Part shown: positions 1 to 12,000 of the stretch, piece by piece
How the letters are laid out: each line of letters starts with the position of its first letter
How positions within the stretch are numbered: position 1 is the stretch's first letter
NCBI RefSeq assembly: GCF_036365525.1
Contig: NC_090396.1
Location: forward strand, 40,908,689-40,972,688
DNA: 64,000 nt
Direction of reading: 5' to 3'
Source of the DNA: Heterodontus francisci
Taxonomy: Eukaryota
Program-made: the position numbers and the translations under genes
The notes under the pieces: model-generated
Databases searched by the model: none
Seen by the model: the letters and a program-made list of their open reading frames with translations, nothing else
What the model was told of the DNA's origin: nothing

Positions 1-1208
1 TAATGTGGTTGATGTGGTGTACATGGACTTCCAAAAGGCATTTGATAAAGAGGGACATAGCAGACTTGTCAGCAAAGTTACAGCCCATGGAATAAAAGGG
101 TCAGTGGCAGCATGGATACAAAATTGGCTGAGTGACAGGAAACCGAGTGTATTTGTGATGGTTTTTCATGTTTGTGCTTGGGGCCTTGGCTGTTCAGTTT
201 TCTGTTAATTAACACCCTCTCTGTATTAACACTTTGTCTTTCACCACCATTAACATACCATTTGCCTTTGCTCCATGACCTTCTGGTCAGTTATTCTCTG
301 TGACCTTGTCCTATTTACACCTCTTTTGTTATCTCTTGCCCCACCCCTGTTTTGCTTGCTTAAAACCTATCACATTTCTAGCCTCTGCCAGTTCTGATGA
401 AAGGTCACTGACCTTAAAATTTAACTCTGCTTCTCTCTCCACAGATGCTGCCAGACCTGCTGAGTATTTCCAGCACTTTCTGTTTTTATTTCAGATTTCC
501 AGCATCTGCCGTATTTTGCTTTTATATTATTGTAGTTGAGATGGATTGTTTTTCAGACTGGAGGAAGGTATGCAGTGGGGTTCCCTGGGGTCAGTGTTAG
601 GACTAGTGCTTTTCTTGATCTGCATTAATGACCTAGACTTGGGTGTGCAGGATTTAATTTCAAAATTTGAAGATGACACAAAACTTGGAAGTATTGTGAA
701 CTGTGAGGAGGATAGTGATAAACTTCAAGAGGACATAGAGAGGTTGGTGGAATGGACAGAAAAGTGGCAAATGAAATTTAATGAAGAAAAGTGTGAAGTG
801 ATTCATTTTCGCAGAAAGAATGAGGGGAAGCAATATAAATTAAAGGGTAAAATTCTAAAAGAGGCTGTAGGAGGGGTTAGATATGCACATCATTGAAGGT
901 TGCAGGCCAGGTTGAGAAAGTGGTTAATAAAGCATACAGGATCTGGGCTTTATAAATAAGGGCATAGGGTACAAGAATAAGGATTATGATAAACCTGTAT
1001 AAAACACTGGTTCGGCCTCAACTGGAGTACTGTGTCCAGTTCTGGGCATCACACTTTAGGAAGAATATTAAGGCATTAGAGGAGGTGCAGAGAAGATGCA
1101 CGAGAATCGTTCCAGGGATGAGGAATTTCAGTAACATGGATAGATTGCAGAAAGCTAACACAGACATGACAGGCCGAATGGCCTCCTTCTGTTTTGTAAC
1201 CATTCTAT
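1..1208 (+). mobile_element. CR1 LINE 3' fragment (degenerate RT), interrupted at ~150-530
   Basis: VDVVYMDFQKAFDK, GSVLG, FEDDTKL, LVRPQLEYCVQFW and a CR1-type 3' tail. Confidence 0.9.
205..530 (+). mobile_element. Penelope-like terminal-repeat fragment with hammerhead ribozyme remnant
   Basis: CTGATGA (394-400), stem AGGTC-ACT-GACCT, degenerate GAAA, then ACAGATGCTGCCAGACCTGCTGAG shared with four other copies in the window. Confidence 0.6.
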
Positions 1209-1963
1209 GGGCTGGATTTTGTTCTCCCCTAGGTGCAGGTTCCTTGGCGGGGAAGGCCTGAAGTTGGCTCCGGATGAGGCCCACCATGGCCCTCGACGCC
1301 AGGAGGGCCTGGCCTGGTCCTCCCGGTGACGGTGAGGCTCTGTGGCAGCCTCCCCACCACCGGGCAGTGGGACCACAATTTTAATATGCAAATCAATTCA
1401 AATAATTAATTTAAATAAACTTACGTCTCCTCCTGATGGCCCGCCGCGATCTTCGGCCCAGTGGTTGACACCCCTATGCCTTTGGATCCCTGTCTGGGGA
1501 AACGAGGCACCAAACTGGTGTGGGGGTGTGGGGGAGCGGGGTAGGTAAGATTATCAGTGTTGGGGGGCACGAGGTCAAATAAACATTATGGGTGCAGGGG
1601 ATGGCGGGAAGGGTTGTAATTTAAAGAGTAGATGATAAGGGTAAGTGTTTTTTTGGGGGGGGGAGGAGGGCAGATAATTAATTACATTTTTATGGGGCGG
1701 GGAGGAGCAAAAGAAATGTATTTATTTAATTTAATTTAATCTATCTTTAAATATTTAAATATGCCCGTAGGGTTAACAGCCCTTTACGAATGGCGTCAAC
1801 GCATGCACACAGGCTGCTGACGCCATTGCTGGGGATAGACAGTCCTCCCCCTCCACATGATTACCTCCGCGCTTTGGACCGCGACGGCGCTGCAACATGC
1901 GACCGGCACAGGCAGGCTGTCATTTTTTTCGCCCGCTGCCGATTTTGGCATAACATTCAGCCC
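1209..1963. mobile_element. Non-autonomous Harbinger-type DNA transposon (MITE)
   Basis: Imperfect TIRs GGGCTGGATTTT...AACATTCAGCCC and 3-bp TSD TAT; inserted in the CR1 tail. Confidence 0.65.
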
Positions 1964-2015
1964 TATAATTCTATCATCAAGGAAAGGCAACAGCATTTTT
2001 TTTTTAGTTTTAATT

Positions 2016-2330
2016 TTAGAGATACAGCACTGAAACAGGCCCTTCGGCCCACCGAGTCTGTGCCGACCATCAACCACCCATTTTTTTTAAATACTAATCC
2101 TACACTAATTCCACATTACTACCACATCCCCATCTGTCCCTATATTTCCCTACCACCTACCTATACTAGGGGCAATTTATAAAGGCCAATTAATCTATCA
2201 ACCAGCAAGTCTTTGGCATGTGGGAGGAAACCGGAGCACCCGGAGGAAACCCACGCAGACACAGGGAGAACTTGCAAACTCCACACAGGTAGTCCCCAGA
2301 ATTGAACCCAGGTCGCCGGAGCTGTGAGGC
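2016..2330 (-). mobile_element. HE1-type V-SINE (5' truncated)
   Basis: Reverse complement of the copy at 35300-35648. Confidence 0.9.
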
Positions 2331-2849
2331 CATTGTATTGGCCATTTTCTAAGGCATTCTTGCTGAAGGAGGTGTTTGAAGGAAAATTACAGGGATGTAA
2401 ACCAAGAGGGAGAAAGAGAATGAAGATGTTATGCAACTTGCAATTGAAAATGGGAGGCTCCTGTGAGCAACTGAAGAGGAAAGCGTGAAACTGCCAGGTG
2501 TGGAGAAATGAGCGGAGGACCTGCCTTAGGCAGGTCACTAACACTCAAGAAAGTTAGAATAAGCTGCTCTGTGCCTTTTTCACTCATTCTATTTCACAAT
2601 TGTATGAAATTATGTTTCCTGCCCTCATAAAAGAAGCAGGTCAATGCATCTTGGCAGATGTCAAACCTTCACATTCTTAAAGCTAAGTTTCATGCATTCA
2701 GTCACATTCTATGTTTAGTGGAAATATGGCTCACATTGTTGATTGGTTCCAGCTAATGCACCAAACCAATGTTTGTGCATAATTACCAGCAGAGTATGGA
2801 ATATTAAGCACTGTGTTTTTCAACACGCGTTTTAAAGAAATGTATTGTA

Positions 2850-2957
2850 ACGTGTGGTTAATGCTCTGTGGGTTGGACTGACACTTAAGCGGAAATTTAG
2901 AGATGTAGCAGTGTTTTCCAAAGTATTGTTGACAGAAGTAAATTATGAACATTCAGA
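2850..2957 (+). promoter_or_regulatory. Putative CD7-like proximal promoter (RUNX and ETS motifs)
   Basis: TGTGGTT at 2853-2859 and CGGAAA at 2890-2895 within ~110 bp of the ATG, in non-repetitive sequence. Confidence 0.3.
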
Positions 2958-3024
2958 ATGGCTGCACAAAGCGTCCAGCTTCTTCAGTTATTTTTTTTTC
3001 TCATGATTTCTGCAAAAGCAACAG
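2958..3024 (+). CDS. CD7: CD7-like exon 1 (signal peptide MAAQSVQLLQLFFFLMISAKAT)
   Basis: ATG in good context (agaATGG), hydrophobic leader, donor AG|GTAGGA at 3025 in phase 1, compatible with the IgV exon. Confidence 0.75.
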
Positions 3025-6000
3025 GTAGGAAATGGCTTTTCTGTGAACTCTTTCAAATATTTAATAATTGTGTTATGTTAATTCAAACGCTGGTGTTTCT
3101 TCAGTACAAAGAAAATATTCAAGGTCGGTTTTATAAAGTATACTAGACTAAGGTAATCTGTCGTTGAAATTCTCCTCCTCAACCTCTCTGTCTCCAGTGC
3201 TCAGCAACTTTAAAACTCTCCTTAAAACCTACCTTTCATCAAGTTCTGGATCATTCCTCCTAATCTCTGCTCTTCAACTTGTTGGTGAACTCCCTCACAC
3301 CTCTTCGGAGTACTTTGGGACATGTTTCTACCTTAGAAGGAACTTATAGAAATGCAAGTGATTGTTCTATGATGTGGTGATGTGATAACTTTAGCCTGAT
3401 TTTGATTAAAGCTTAGAATGATGAAATAAAAATATTTTAATGTTAAAATGATTGTTATTTACAGATAAAAGTTCTTGCCAGAACAGCACTGAACAAATGA
3501 AAATCTTTGTGTGGTGCAGAAGCTTAAAGTTAGGATTTGCTTCAACAAACCTGGCAGGGATGCTTTTTTAGCTTATTATATATGACAACAACATTCAGCA
3601 GGTTTAAAGCAGCAGCTTTCGTATACTGAATATGAAACATTCTTTCCATACTTCAAACCTGCAATCGATAATTCACAGAAATCATTTGCATTTCAGCTGA
3701 AGTGACTCAACTGAAACTAAGCAGATTTTTCAACAGTCAAGCTCATTTACCCTCAAACTGGCATTTATTGATTAAAGAAGTTGAATAAAGCTTATTTTTG
3801 GAGAATACAAATGAACATCATATGTGTATTCCCACAGATTTATTGATAAGTCTATTCAAAATAATTTTGATTAACTTCACAGTTTCTTTGACACCATATT
3901 TTCTTAAATCCTAATGTAATCTTTTATATCTATGACTAAATGCCTGATTGTACCGTATAACTGTCAGAATTTGTCAGTAAGTTGATAATCAAACAAACAT
4001 CTGAATCCATCAGAAAATTCAAGAAGTATATGAAAAAGAACACAACAGCAGTGCCTACAAAGAATTATTGAAACACATTTTTTTTCATGCAGATGCTAAA
4101 ACATATTTAGGTTTTCCTCACTGAATATGTGATTAGAAGTTCAGTCCAAACACCTATTGCAGATTATACATTAAAGCAAAAACAGAGTATAATTTGAAAA
4201 ACTGTAAATATTTTCAGTGTCTCCGTGCCTATTAAACCCTTTTCAAGATTTTTTAAACGTGCAATCCTAAAGGTGAGTAAGCACTTTATTTTGAACCAAA
4301 AATATTTTATTTCTCTCTCTTCAATAACTGAAGTTCCAAGCAAATGTGTTTTTGAAAAATCAAAACCACCATCAGTTAGCCCAACACTATTTTTGGACAA
4401 GTGGCACAAATCTCTTAAAATAACTAACACTGTGTTACATTTAAAAGTGGCCATAGAACAAACATGCTTATCATCTTTCCATAAAGCTGCGGTTTAGTGG
4501 AAATTTAAGAATATTTGTTGCCTGACATGTTTTCAGGGATTATATATTTTATTATAAATACTATGACGACAAGAGCAGGTCAGAAGCTGGGAATTCTGTG
4601 GTGAGTACCTAACCTCCTGACTCCCCAAAGCCTGTCCACCATCTACAAGTCAGGAGTGTGATGGAATATTCTGCACTTGCCTGGATGAGTGCGACACCAA
4701 TAACACTCAAGAGGCTTTGCACCAATGAGGGCAAAGCAGCCCGCTTGATTGGCACCTCATCCACCAACCTAAACATTCACTCCCTCCACCACCGACACAG
4801 AGTGGCAGCAGTGTGTACCATATACAAGATGCACTGCAGCAACTTACCAAGGCTCCTTCGACAGCACCTTTCAAACCTGCGACCCCTACCACCTAGAAGG
4901 ACAAGGGCAGCAAATGCATGTGAACACCACCACCTGCAAGTTCCTCTCCAAGCCACATAGCATCTTGACTTGGAACTATATCACCGTTCCTTCACTGTCA
5001 TTAGATCAAAATCCTGGAACTCCCTTCCTAACAGCACTGTGGGTGTACCCACACCAGATGGACTGCAGCGGTTCAAAATGGCAGCTCACTGCCACTTTCT
5101 CAAGGGCAATTAGGACTGGGCAACAAATGCTGGCCTAGCCAGCGATGCCCCACATCCCACATCCCATGAAAGAATAAAAAAAAATGCAACAGCCATAATT
5201 GTTTGAAGAACTATGCAGGGTATGGGAAGTAAATTGAGAAAGTAGTTTTGACTAGGTTGTACTTGCACACCTCCTTGAGACTGGCCAAGGATGTCATTTG
5301 TAGCTGTGTGGGAGTAGGGTGCCTGTGCTGCAGCTTGGATAGACAAAGTATATGGGGGGTGGGGGGGGGGTGGGGGGGGGGGTTCGTCTTTATGTTGTTT
5401 TTGGTTCCCAGATGTTGGAAAGAAACACACTTTAAACTAGGAAAAGGCTGGAGTAAGTCTTGTTTATTCCAGCACCATGCTCTGGCTGTAGAACCTGGTT
5501 GAGCTGGGTCTTGTGTTACATATAACATGGCTCCCCAGTGCAGCCATGAATGAGGCCCCCCACTGGAACGTTTACACATAACAACTAGTTCCTAGCTAAT
5601 TTGTTCCGAATACATTACAGATAATATAACAATATACATAACATCCCTCTTTCTTTAAAACATAATGCCCCTATCTCAATATAACTGTCAATATAAATAA
5701 AGAAGATTATCATCCAACTTGTGGAAATAATCTGAATCCCTTTTTAGAGTCTTTTATAGCATGTATTCTTTTTAAAAATAATATTTACAGTATCGCATGG
5801 GTGGTAAGATGTTGTGCCTCCATCTTGTAGATTTGGCACTTGTTGCTCTTAGTGGTGAGTTGGCACGCTGCACAGGCGATGTTGTGTTACTTGCTGGTGA
5901 TGTTGTTAATGCTGTCTCACTGGATGGTAATGTTTCCGGTGTTGTTGATGGTCTTTTCTGTTGTTCCAGCTCAGGTGTAAGTCGAATATGGGTTCTGTTC

Positions 6001-9000
6001 CTTCTCATTTGGTTACCGGTTTCGGTCTCAATGATATATGACCTTGGAGTCTCAACTTCACTAACAACTTTTGCTGGGCTCCAGGTTTTCATGATTGGGG
6101 ATCCCGTACATGTACAGTTTGTCCTTTCAACAACTCGGGTAGGGATTTAGCTCTCCTCTTACCTGTGCTTCAGTGAATTGTTGTCTTACTTCCTCCTGGT
6201 CACTTGAAGGATGTATTTTGCTTGGCAGAGTTGTCTTATATTTTCTTCCATTTAACAGCTCTGCAGGTGATTTTATGTCAGCCTTGAGAGGTGTGGATTG
6301 AAGTGACAATAAGGCCAGGTTTGGGTCTTCCTTCATCTCTTGACATTTCAAAAGTGTTCCTTTGACCATCTGGACGTGTCTTTCTACAAATCCGTGTGGT
6401 GATGAGGTGATGGTGTTGAACCCATACTGGTCAACGAATTCCTTAAATTTTCTGGTTGTAAATTGGGTGCCATTATCACATATTAACCTTTCAGGAATCC
6501 CTTGCTCAGCGAACAGAACTTGTACTGCTGAGATTATTGTTGTGGCTCTCAAGTCTTTCTCTCTGTTTGGTGTACATTCTATAGTTGTTGTTTCACTGCA
6601 TCGACCCTGCTGCCTGTCTCTTGGTTTAACTGAGGCTAGCCATTTGGGAGGTCAGAGTCTTCATTTGTCTGCTCGTGGCTTCGTGTGATCTGGCAGTGTC
6701 TACAGCCTGCGATATTGTGAGCTTGTCCTGTCCGATTAGAGCTTTCTATACTTCAGGATATGCAGAACCCCAAATGATCTATCAGCCGTTCATCTGTGTC
6801 CTTAAATTTACATTCTTTGGCTGCATTTTTCGATCTTGCTACAAAATTGTCAATAGGCTCACCTAGTTCCTGTCTGAGACCTTGAAATTCATATCAGTAC
6901 ATCCGAGGATTTGATTTTGGCTGGAGATGGGTGCTGAATCTTTCAAAAATTTTGTCTGGGTTTCTGCTGTCCTCTTTGCTTAGGTCCCAGCTGTCCCACA
7001 GAAGGATATAGCTGACCCTCTCCTCTTCACTAGTGCCTTTTAGGAAACTACTGAATGCCAAATTGCACTTTTGTTTAAACTTCTCAAATGCCTCTACGAC
7101 ATCATCAGCTCCCATTTCATTATGGGCCCAGCTGACATTTCGATCTTTTTGTTTCAGAGTTTTCGCACAAGTCACTTAGATTTTCTGTCTGTCTCTGGCA
7201 CTAATTTAGGTCACTTTTCTCAATCTGATGCTTTAAAACATTTTTTAGGTTTACTCACAGACACTCACTGCCACCATATTTCACCTTTATGTTGTTTCTG
7301 GCTCCCAGATGTTGGAAAGAAATCACACTTTAAATTTGGAAAAGGCTGGAGTCAGTCTTGTTAATTCTAGCACCATGCTCTGGCTGTAGAACCTGGGTGA
7401 ACTGGGTTTTGTGTTACATATAACATGACTCCCCAGTATAGCCATGAATGAGGCCCCCCCCCCACTGGAAGACTTACACATAACAACTGGTTCCTAGCCA
7501 ATTAGTTCCTAAAACTTTACAGATAGTATAACAATATATACATATATAACAGGGGGAGTATAAGCAGATCACAAAGGCATAAGCAAAATGAATTTTTAAA
7601 ATGAACTTTTTGGATAAGGGCATCACTGACAAAGTTAGCAATTATTGTCCAACGCTAATTGCCCCAAGCTAGCTGCGTCATTTTAAATATGCAAATCAAG
7701 TTCTGATGATATACTCAGGCCCAATCTACTAATTTAACTAGAGGCCTGAGCAGGGAATCAATAATGACTAACATAACAGGCTAAACCTATTGGCAACTGG
7801 ATTGTGGGCCACAGTGGCGCAGTGGTTAGCACTGCAGCCTCACAGCTCCAGGGACCCAGGTTCAATTCTAGGTACTGCCTGTGCGGAGTTTGTAAGTTGT
7901 CCCTATGACTGTGTGGGTTTTCACCGGGTGCTCTGGTTTCATCCCACTGCCAAAGACTTACAGGTGATAGATAAATTGGCCATTAGAAATTGCCCCTAGT
8001 GTAGGTAAGTGGTATGGGATTACTGTAGGATTAGTATAAATGGGTGGTTCTTGGTCAGCACAGACTCGGTGGGCCCGTTTCAGTGCTGTATCTCTAAATA
8101 AATAAGAAGTCCAGGCAAATAAGTTATAGTTTGTTTTTGTTTTTTAGTTTTCCATGTGAGGCCAGGAGGAGTGGGGTTGTTCAACCAACCCCCATTGCCC
8201 TAATTGCCCCACCCTGCACCACTTAACTGATTGCCAGGAATCATCATTCCTGTGGGTCCTGGCAGTGACCTGATGCCTACATTTCTCCTCCCTCCCTTTG
8301 GCAAGTCAGTGATTTTGCTGGGTTCGGTTGGGAATTGGGGCCTGGATCTAGAAATAAGGCCTTGGGAATTAAAATCTCTCCAGTTCTCGACACGTGATCT
8401 TGTTACTCGCTCAGGCCCCGCACACAGAACAGTCCCATCCTGACTTAAAATTGGGTCCCTAGTATTCGCTACAAACTGCAATGTGAATTTTATTACCCAA
8501 ATATCTCATTAAACGATAGCATAACACAAGGAAGATATAGTGGTCACTGAAATATAATTAGTGCTGCTACTTGTGTTCTTTTGTTTCTGGAAGACAGGCA
8601 GATAAGCAGGGGTCCGCAACATGCCCATGCATGGACACCAGTGTCATTGGTAAACATTTTGGAGTCCGTGACTGGTAATTTCAGGGATGCGAAATTTCCC
8701 ATTGGCTTCTTCTTTTAACCAGTCAGTTTTTAACAAAAAATCGCAGCTATCAGTTTCATAGCTGACATGTGTTTAGAGCGGGTCCAGAGCTTCCAATGCG
8801 GACAAGTTCGGAGTTTTAGAGTCATAGAGTTATACAGCACAGAAACAGGCCCTTTGGCCCATCGTGTCTGTGCCAGCCATCCAACACCCAACTATCCTAA
8901 TCCCATATTCCTGCACTTGGCCCATAGCCCTGTATGCTATGGCGTTTCAAGTGTTCGTCTAAATACTTACTTAAATGTTGTGAGGGTTCCTGCCTCCACC

Positions 9001-12000
9001 ACCTCTTCAGGCAGTGCGTTCCAGATTCCACCCACCCTCTGGGTGAAAAAATGTTTTCTCAAATCTCCCCTAAACCTTCTGCCCTTTACCTTAAATCTAT
9101 GCCCCCTGGTTCTTGACCCCGCTGCTAAGGGAAAAAGTTTCCTTCTATCTAACCTATCATTGCCCCTCATAATCTTGTACAGCTCAATTATGTCCCCCCT
9201 CAGCCTTCTCTGCTCCAAGAAAAACAACCCTAGCCTTTTCAGTCTCTCTTAGCTGAAATGCTCCAGCCCAGGCAACATCCTGGTGAATCTCCTCTGCACC
9301 CTCTCCAGTGCAATCACATCCTTCCTACAGTGTGGTGCCCAGAACTGTACACTGTACTCCAGCTGTGGCCTAATTAGCATTTTATATAGCTCCATCATAA
9401 CCTCCCTGCTCTTATATTCTATGCCTCGGCTTAAAAAGGCAAGTATCCCATATGCCTTCCCAACCACCTTATCTACCTGTGCTGCTGCCTTTAGTGATCT
9501 ATGGACAAGTTTTCCAGCGGGTTACAATTTTTTTTAAAGCCCACCACATGTTATCTGTGAAACTGACAGCTGCGATTTTTTAAAAAACGGAACAATCACA
9601 ATGCTGAGTGCACCTGCTCGCTGCAATTGTCAGAGACAGAGGGACAGAAGGACACAATAAGGGAGGGAGGGGATCGGGGAAAGGGGAGGGGGGCAGAGAG
9701 AGGGAAGGAGAGGGGGGCAGAGAGAGAGAGAGGGAGGAAGGGAGAGAAAGAGGGAGAGAGAGAGAGAGAGAGAGAGGGTGGAGGGACAGAGAGTGGGTGA
9801 AAGTGGGACTGAGAGAGGGAGACAGGGAGAGGGGGGAGAGAGAGGGGAAGGGAGAGGGAGGGAGGGAGAGGGAGGAAGGGTGGGAGAGAGNNNNNNNNNN
9901 NNNNNNNNNNNNNNNNNNNNNNNNNNNNNNNNNNNNNNNNNNNNNNNNNNNNNNNNNNNNNNNNNNNNNNNNNNNNNNNNNNNNNNNNNNNNNNNNNNNN
10001 NNNNNNNNNNNNNNNNNNNNNNNNGATGCAGGGAGGGAGAGAGGGAAGGAGANNNNNNNNNNNNNNNNNNNNNNNNNNNNNNNNNNNNNNNNNNNNNNNN
10101 NNNNNNNNNNNNNNNNNNNNNNNNNNNNNNNNNNNNNNNNNNNNNNNNNNNNNNNNNNNNNNNNNNNNNNNNNNNNNNNNNNNNNNNNNNNAAAGAGGAG
10201 GGCAGATAGAGAGAGGAGGGCAGAGAGAGGGGGGAGTAGAGTGAGAGGGGAGCAGAAAGAAGGGGCAGAAAGAGAGAGGGGCAGAGAGGGGGCAGAGGGA
10301 GAGAGAGGTGCAGAGAGGGCAGGGAGCAGAGAGAGAAGGGGCAGGGAGGGAATAGGGGCAGAGAGGGTCAGAGGGAGAGAGAGGGGCAGAGAGGGAGGAG
10401 AGTAGAGAGAGAAGGTGCAGAGAGGAGAGAGAGAGGGGGGAGAGAGTGGGGAAAGGGGAAAGAGAGAGAGGGGAGATGGGGAAGAGAGACAGCGAGGGTA
10501 GAGACAGGGGGAGAGAGAGAGGGGGGGGAGAGAGAGAGGGAAGGGGTAGAAAGAGAGGAGGAAAGAGAGTGAGAGAGGAGAGAGAGGGTAGAGAGAGGGG
10601 AGGGGGAGAGAGAGGAACAGAGAGAGGGGTGAGAGAGAGGATAGAGAGAGAGGAGAGAGGGAGGGAGAGAGAGGAAGAGAAAGGGGAGAGAGAGGGGAGA
10701 GACAGTGCAGAGAAAGAGGGCAGAGAGAGAGAAAAGGGGCAGAGAGCGAGGGGAGATGACACAGAGATGGAGGGGGAGAGAGCGACAGAGAGAGAGAGAG
10801 AGAGACGGACAGGCACAGAGAGAGTGAAGTGGGAAAGAGAGCAATCAAGATCATTCCTGACAATGGACATGTATCTGGAATACTCCACATACTCCAACAA
10901 GTATGCAGGCAAACATTGAATACTTGTGGAAGCAAAAAAATGCTCGGTATCTCACTAATCGGTGTCCAACGTAGTGACCAGAAAGTAAGTCAATAAATTA
11001 GTCTTCTCATTTAAATTGTCTCCACAAAAATGCACCTTTGTTGTTGTTTTGAGTGATAGCAAGATAAATTTTTAATGTCTTTATCTTTCCGAAATTGTCT
11101 CTCCGGCCCCCTGTGTAAGACAAAAATTGTAATGTGTTTCGATGGCATTAGATTAGATATATTCTTTATATACAGATCAATTGCCCTTAGGTCTGTGGCT
11201 GAATCAATAATTTTGTCAAATGTCCATGGTGCAATAGGTTGCTTACTACGAGGCACAATTTGAAGTCATCAACTGGTTTACTTTATATCAAATTTATTGA
11301 ATGAATGAATGTATACAGTTTTTACAGTGAGGACAGCCAATTTGTTATTTGCCTCAGTTATGGAAAAGTATAAAGACACAACTTATTAACTAAACATAGG
11401 GACCTTCCAAAGCTAAGCTATACAAAGCTAGCTGATTCAGAACCATTTTAACATTCAGATTTGCTCGCACTTTGTTTCCTCTGTGGCTTGAGGGAGAGAG
11501 AAAGCACCAAGAAAATGTTTTTGTCCACTGCCTTAAATCTGTGAGATGAAGCGGGTTTAACCCACTGAGCTGTCAGTCAACATTACTACCCTTAGCAAAT
11601 GCCCTAACCATGCCACCCTCGAAGTGATGGGGTGAATTGGCACCTAGGGCTGCAAAATTTGGCTCCATAGCACCACTGTTGTTGGTATTACAGGGGCCAT
11701 GCTTGGAACGGCGCTAGTGTAGGCATGCCGTGCGATGCAAAGCATGCAGAGTGGGTAGATTGTAATGTGACTCAGCATCAAATGCTAATTGTTCGCCCGA
11801 TCTGTGAATTTGGACCTTGCAGGTCCTGTTAACGTCCTCTCTTAAACAGTCTCAGCTGAACAGTAGATGTAGTGAACCAACATATGTAGTGTATTTGGAT
11901 TTCCAAAAAGCATTCAATAAGGTGCCACATAAAATCTTCTTTTGGGCCTCCTTATCTCGAGAGACAATGGATACGCGCCTGGAGGTGGTCAGTGGTTTGT

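Noticed and set aside
9580-10935. Long S/L/P- and E/R/G-rich ORFs
   Set aside because: Artefacts of GA low-complexity sequence and N gaps.
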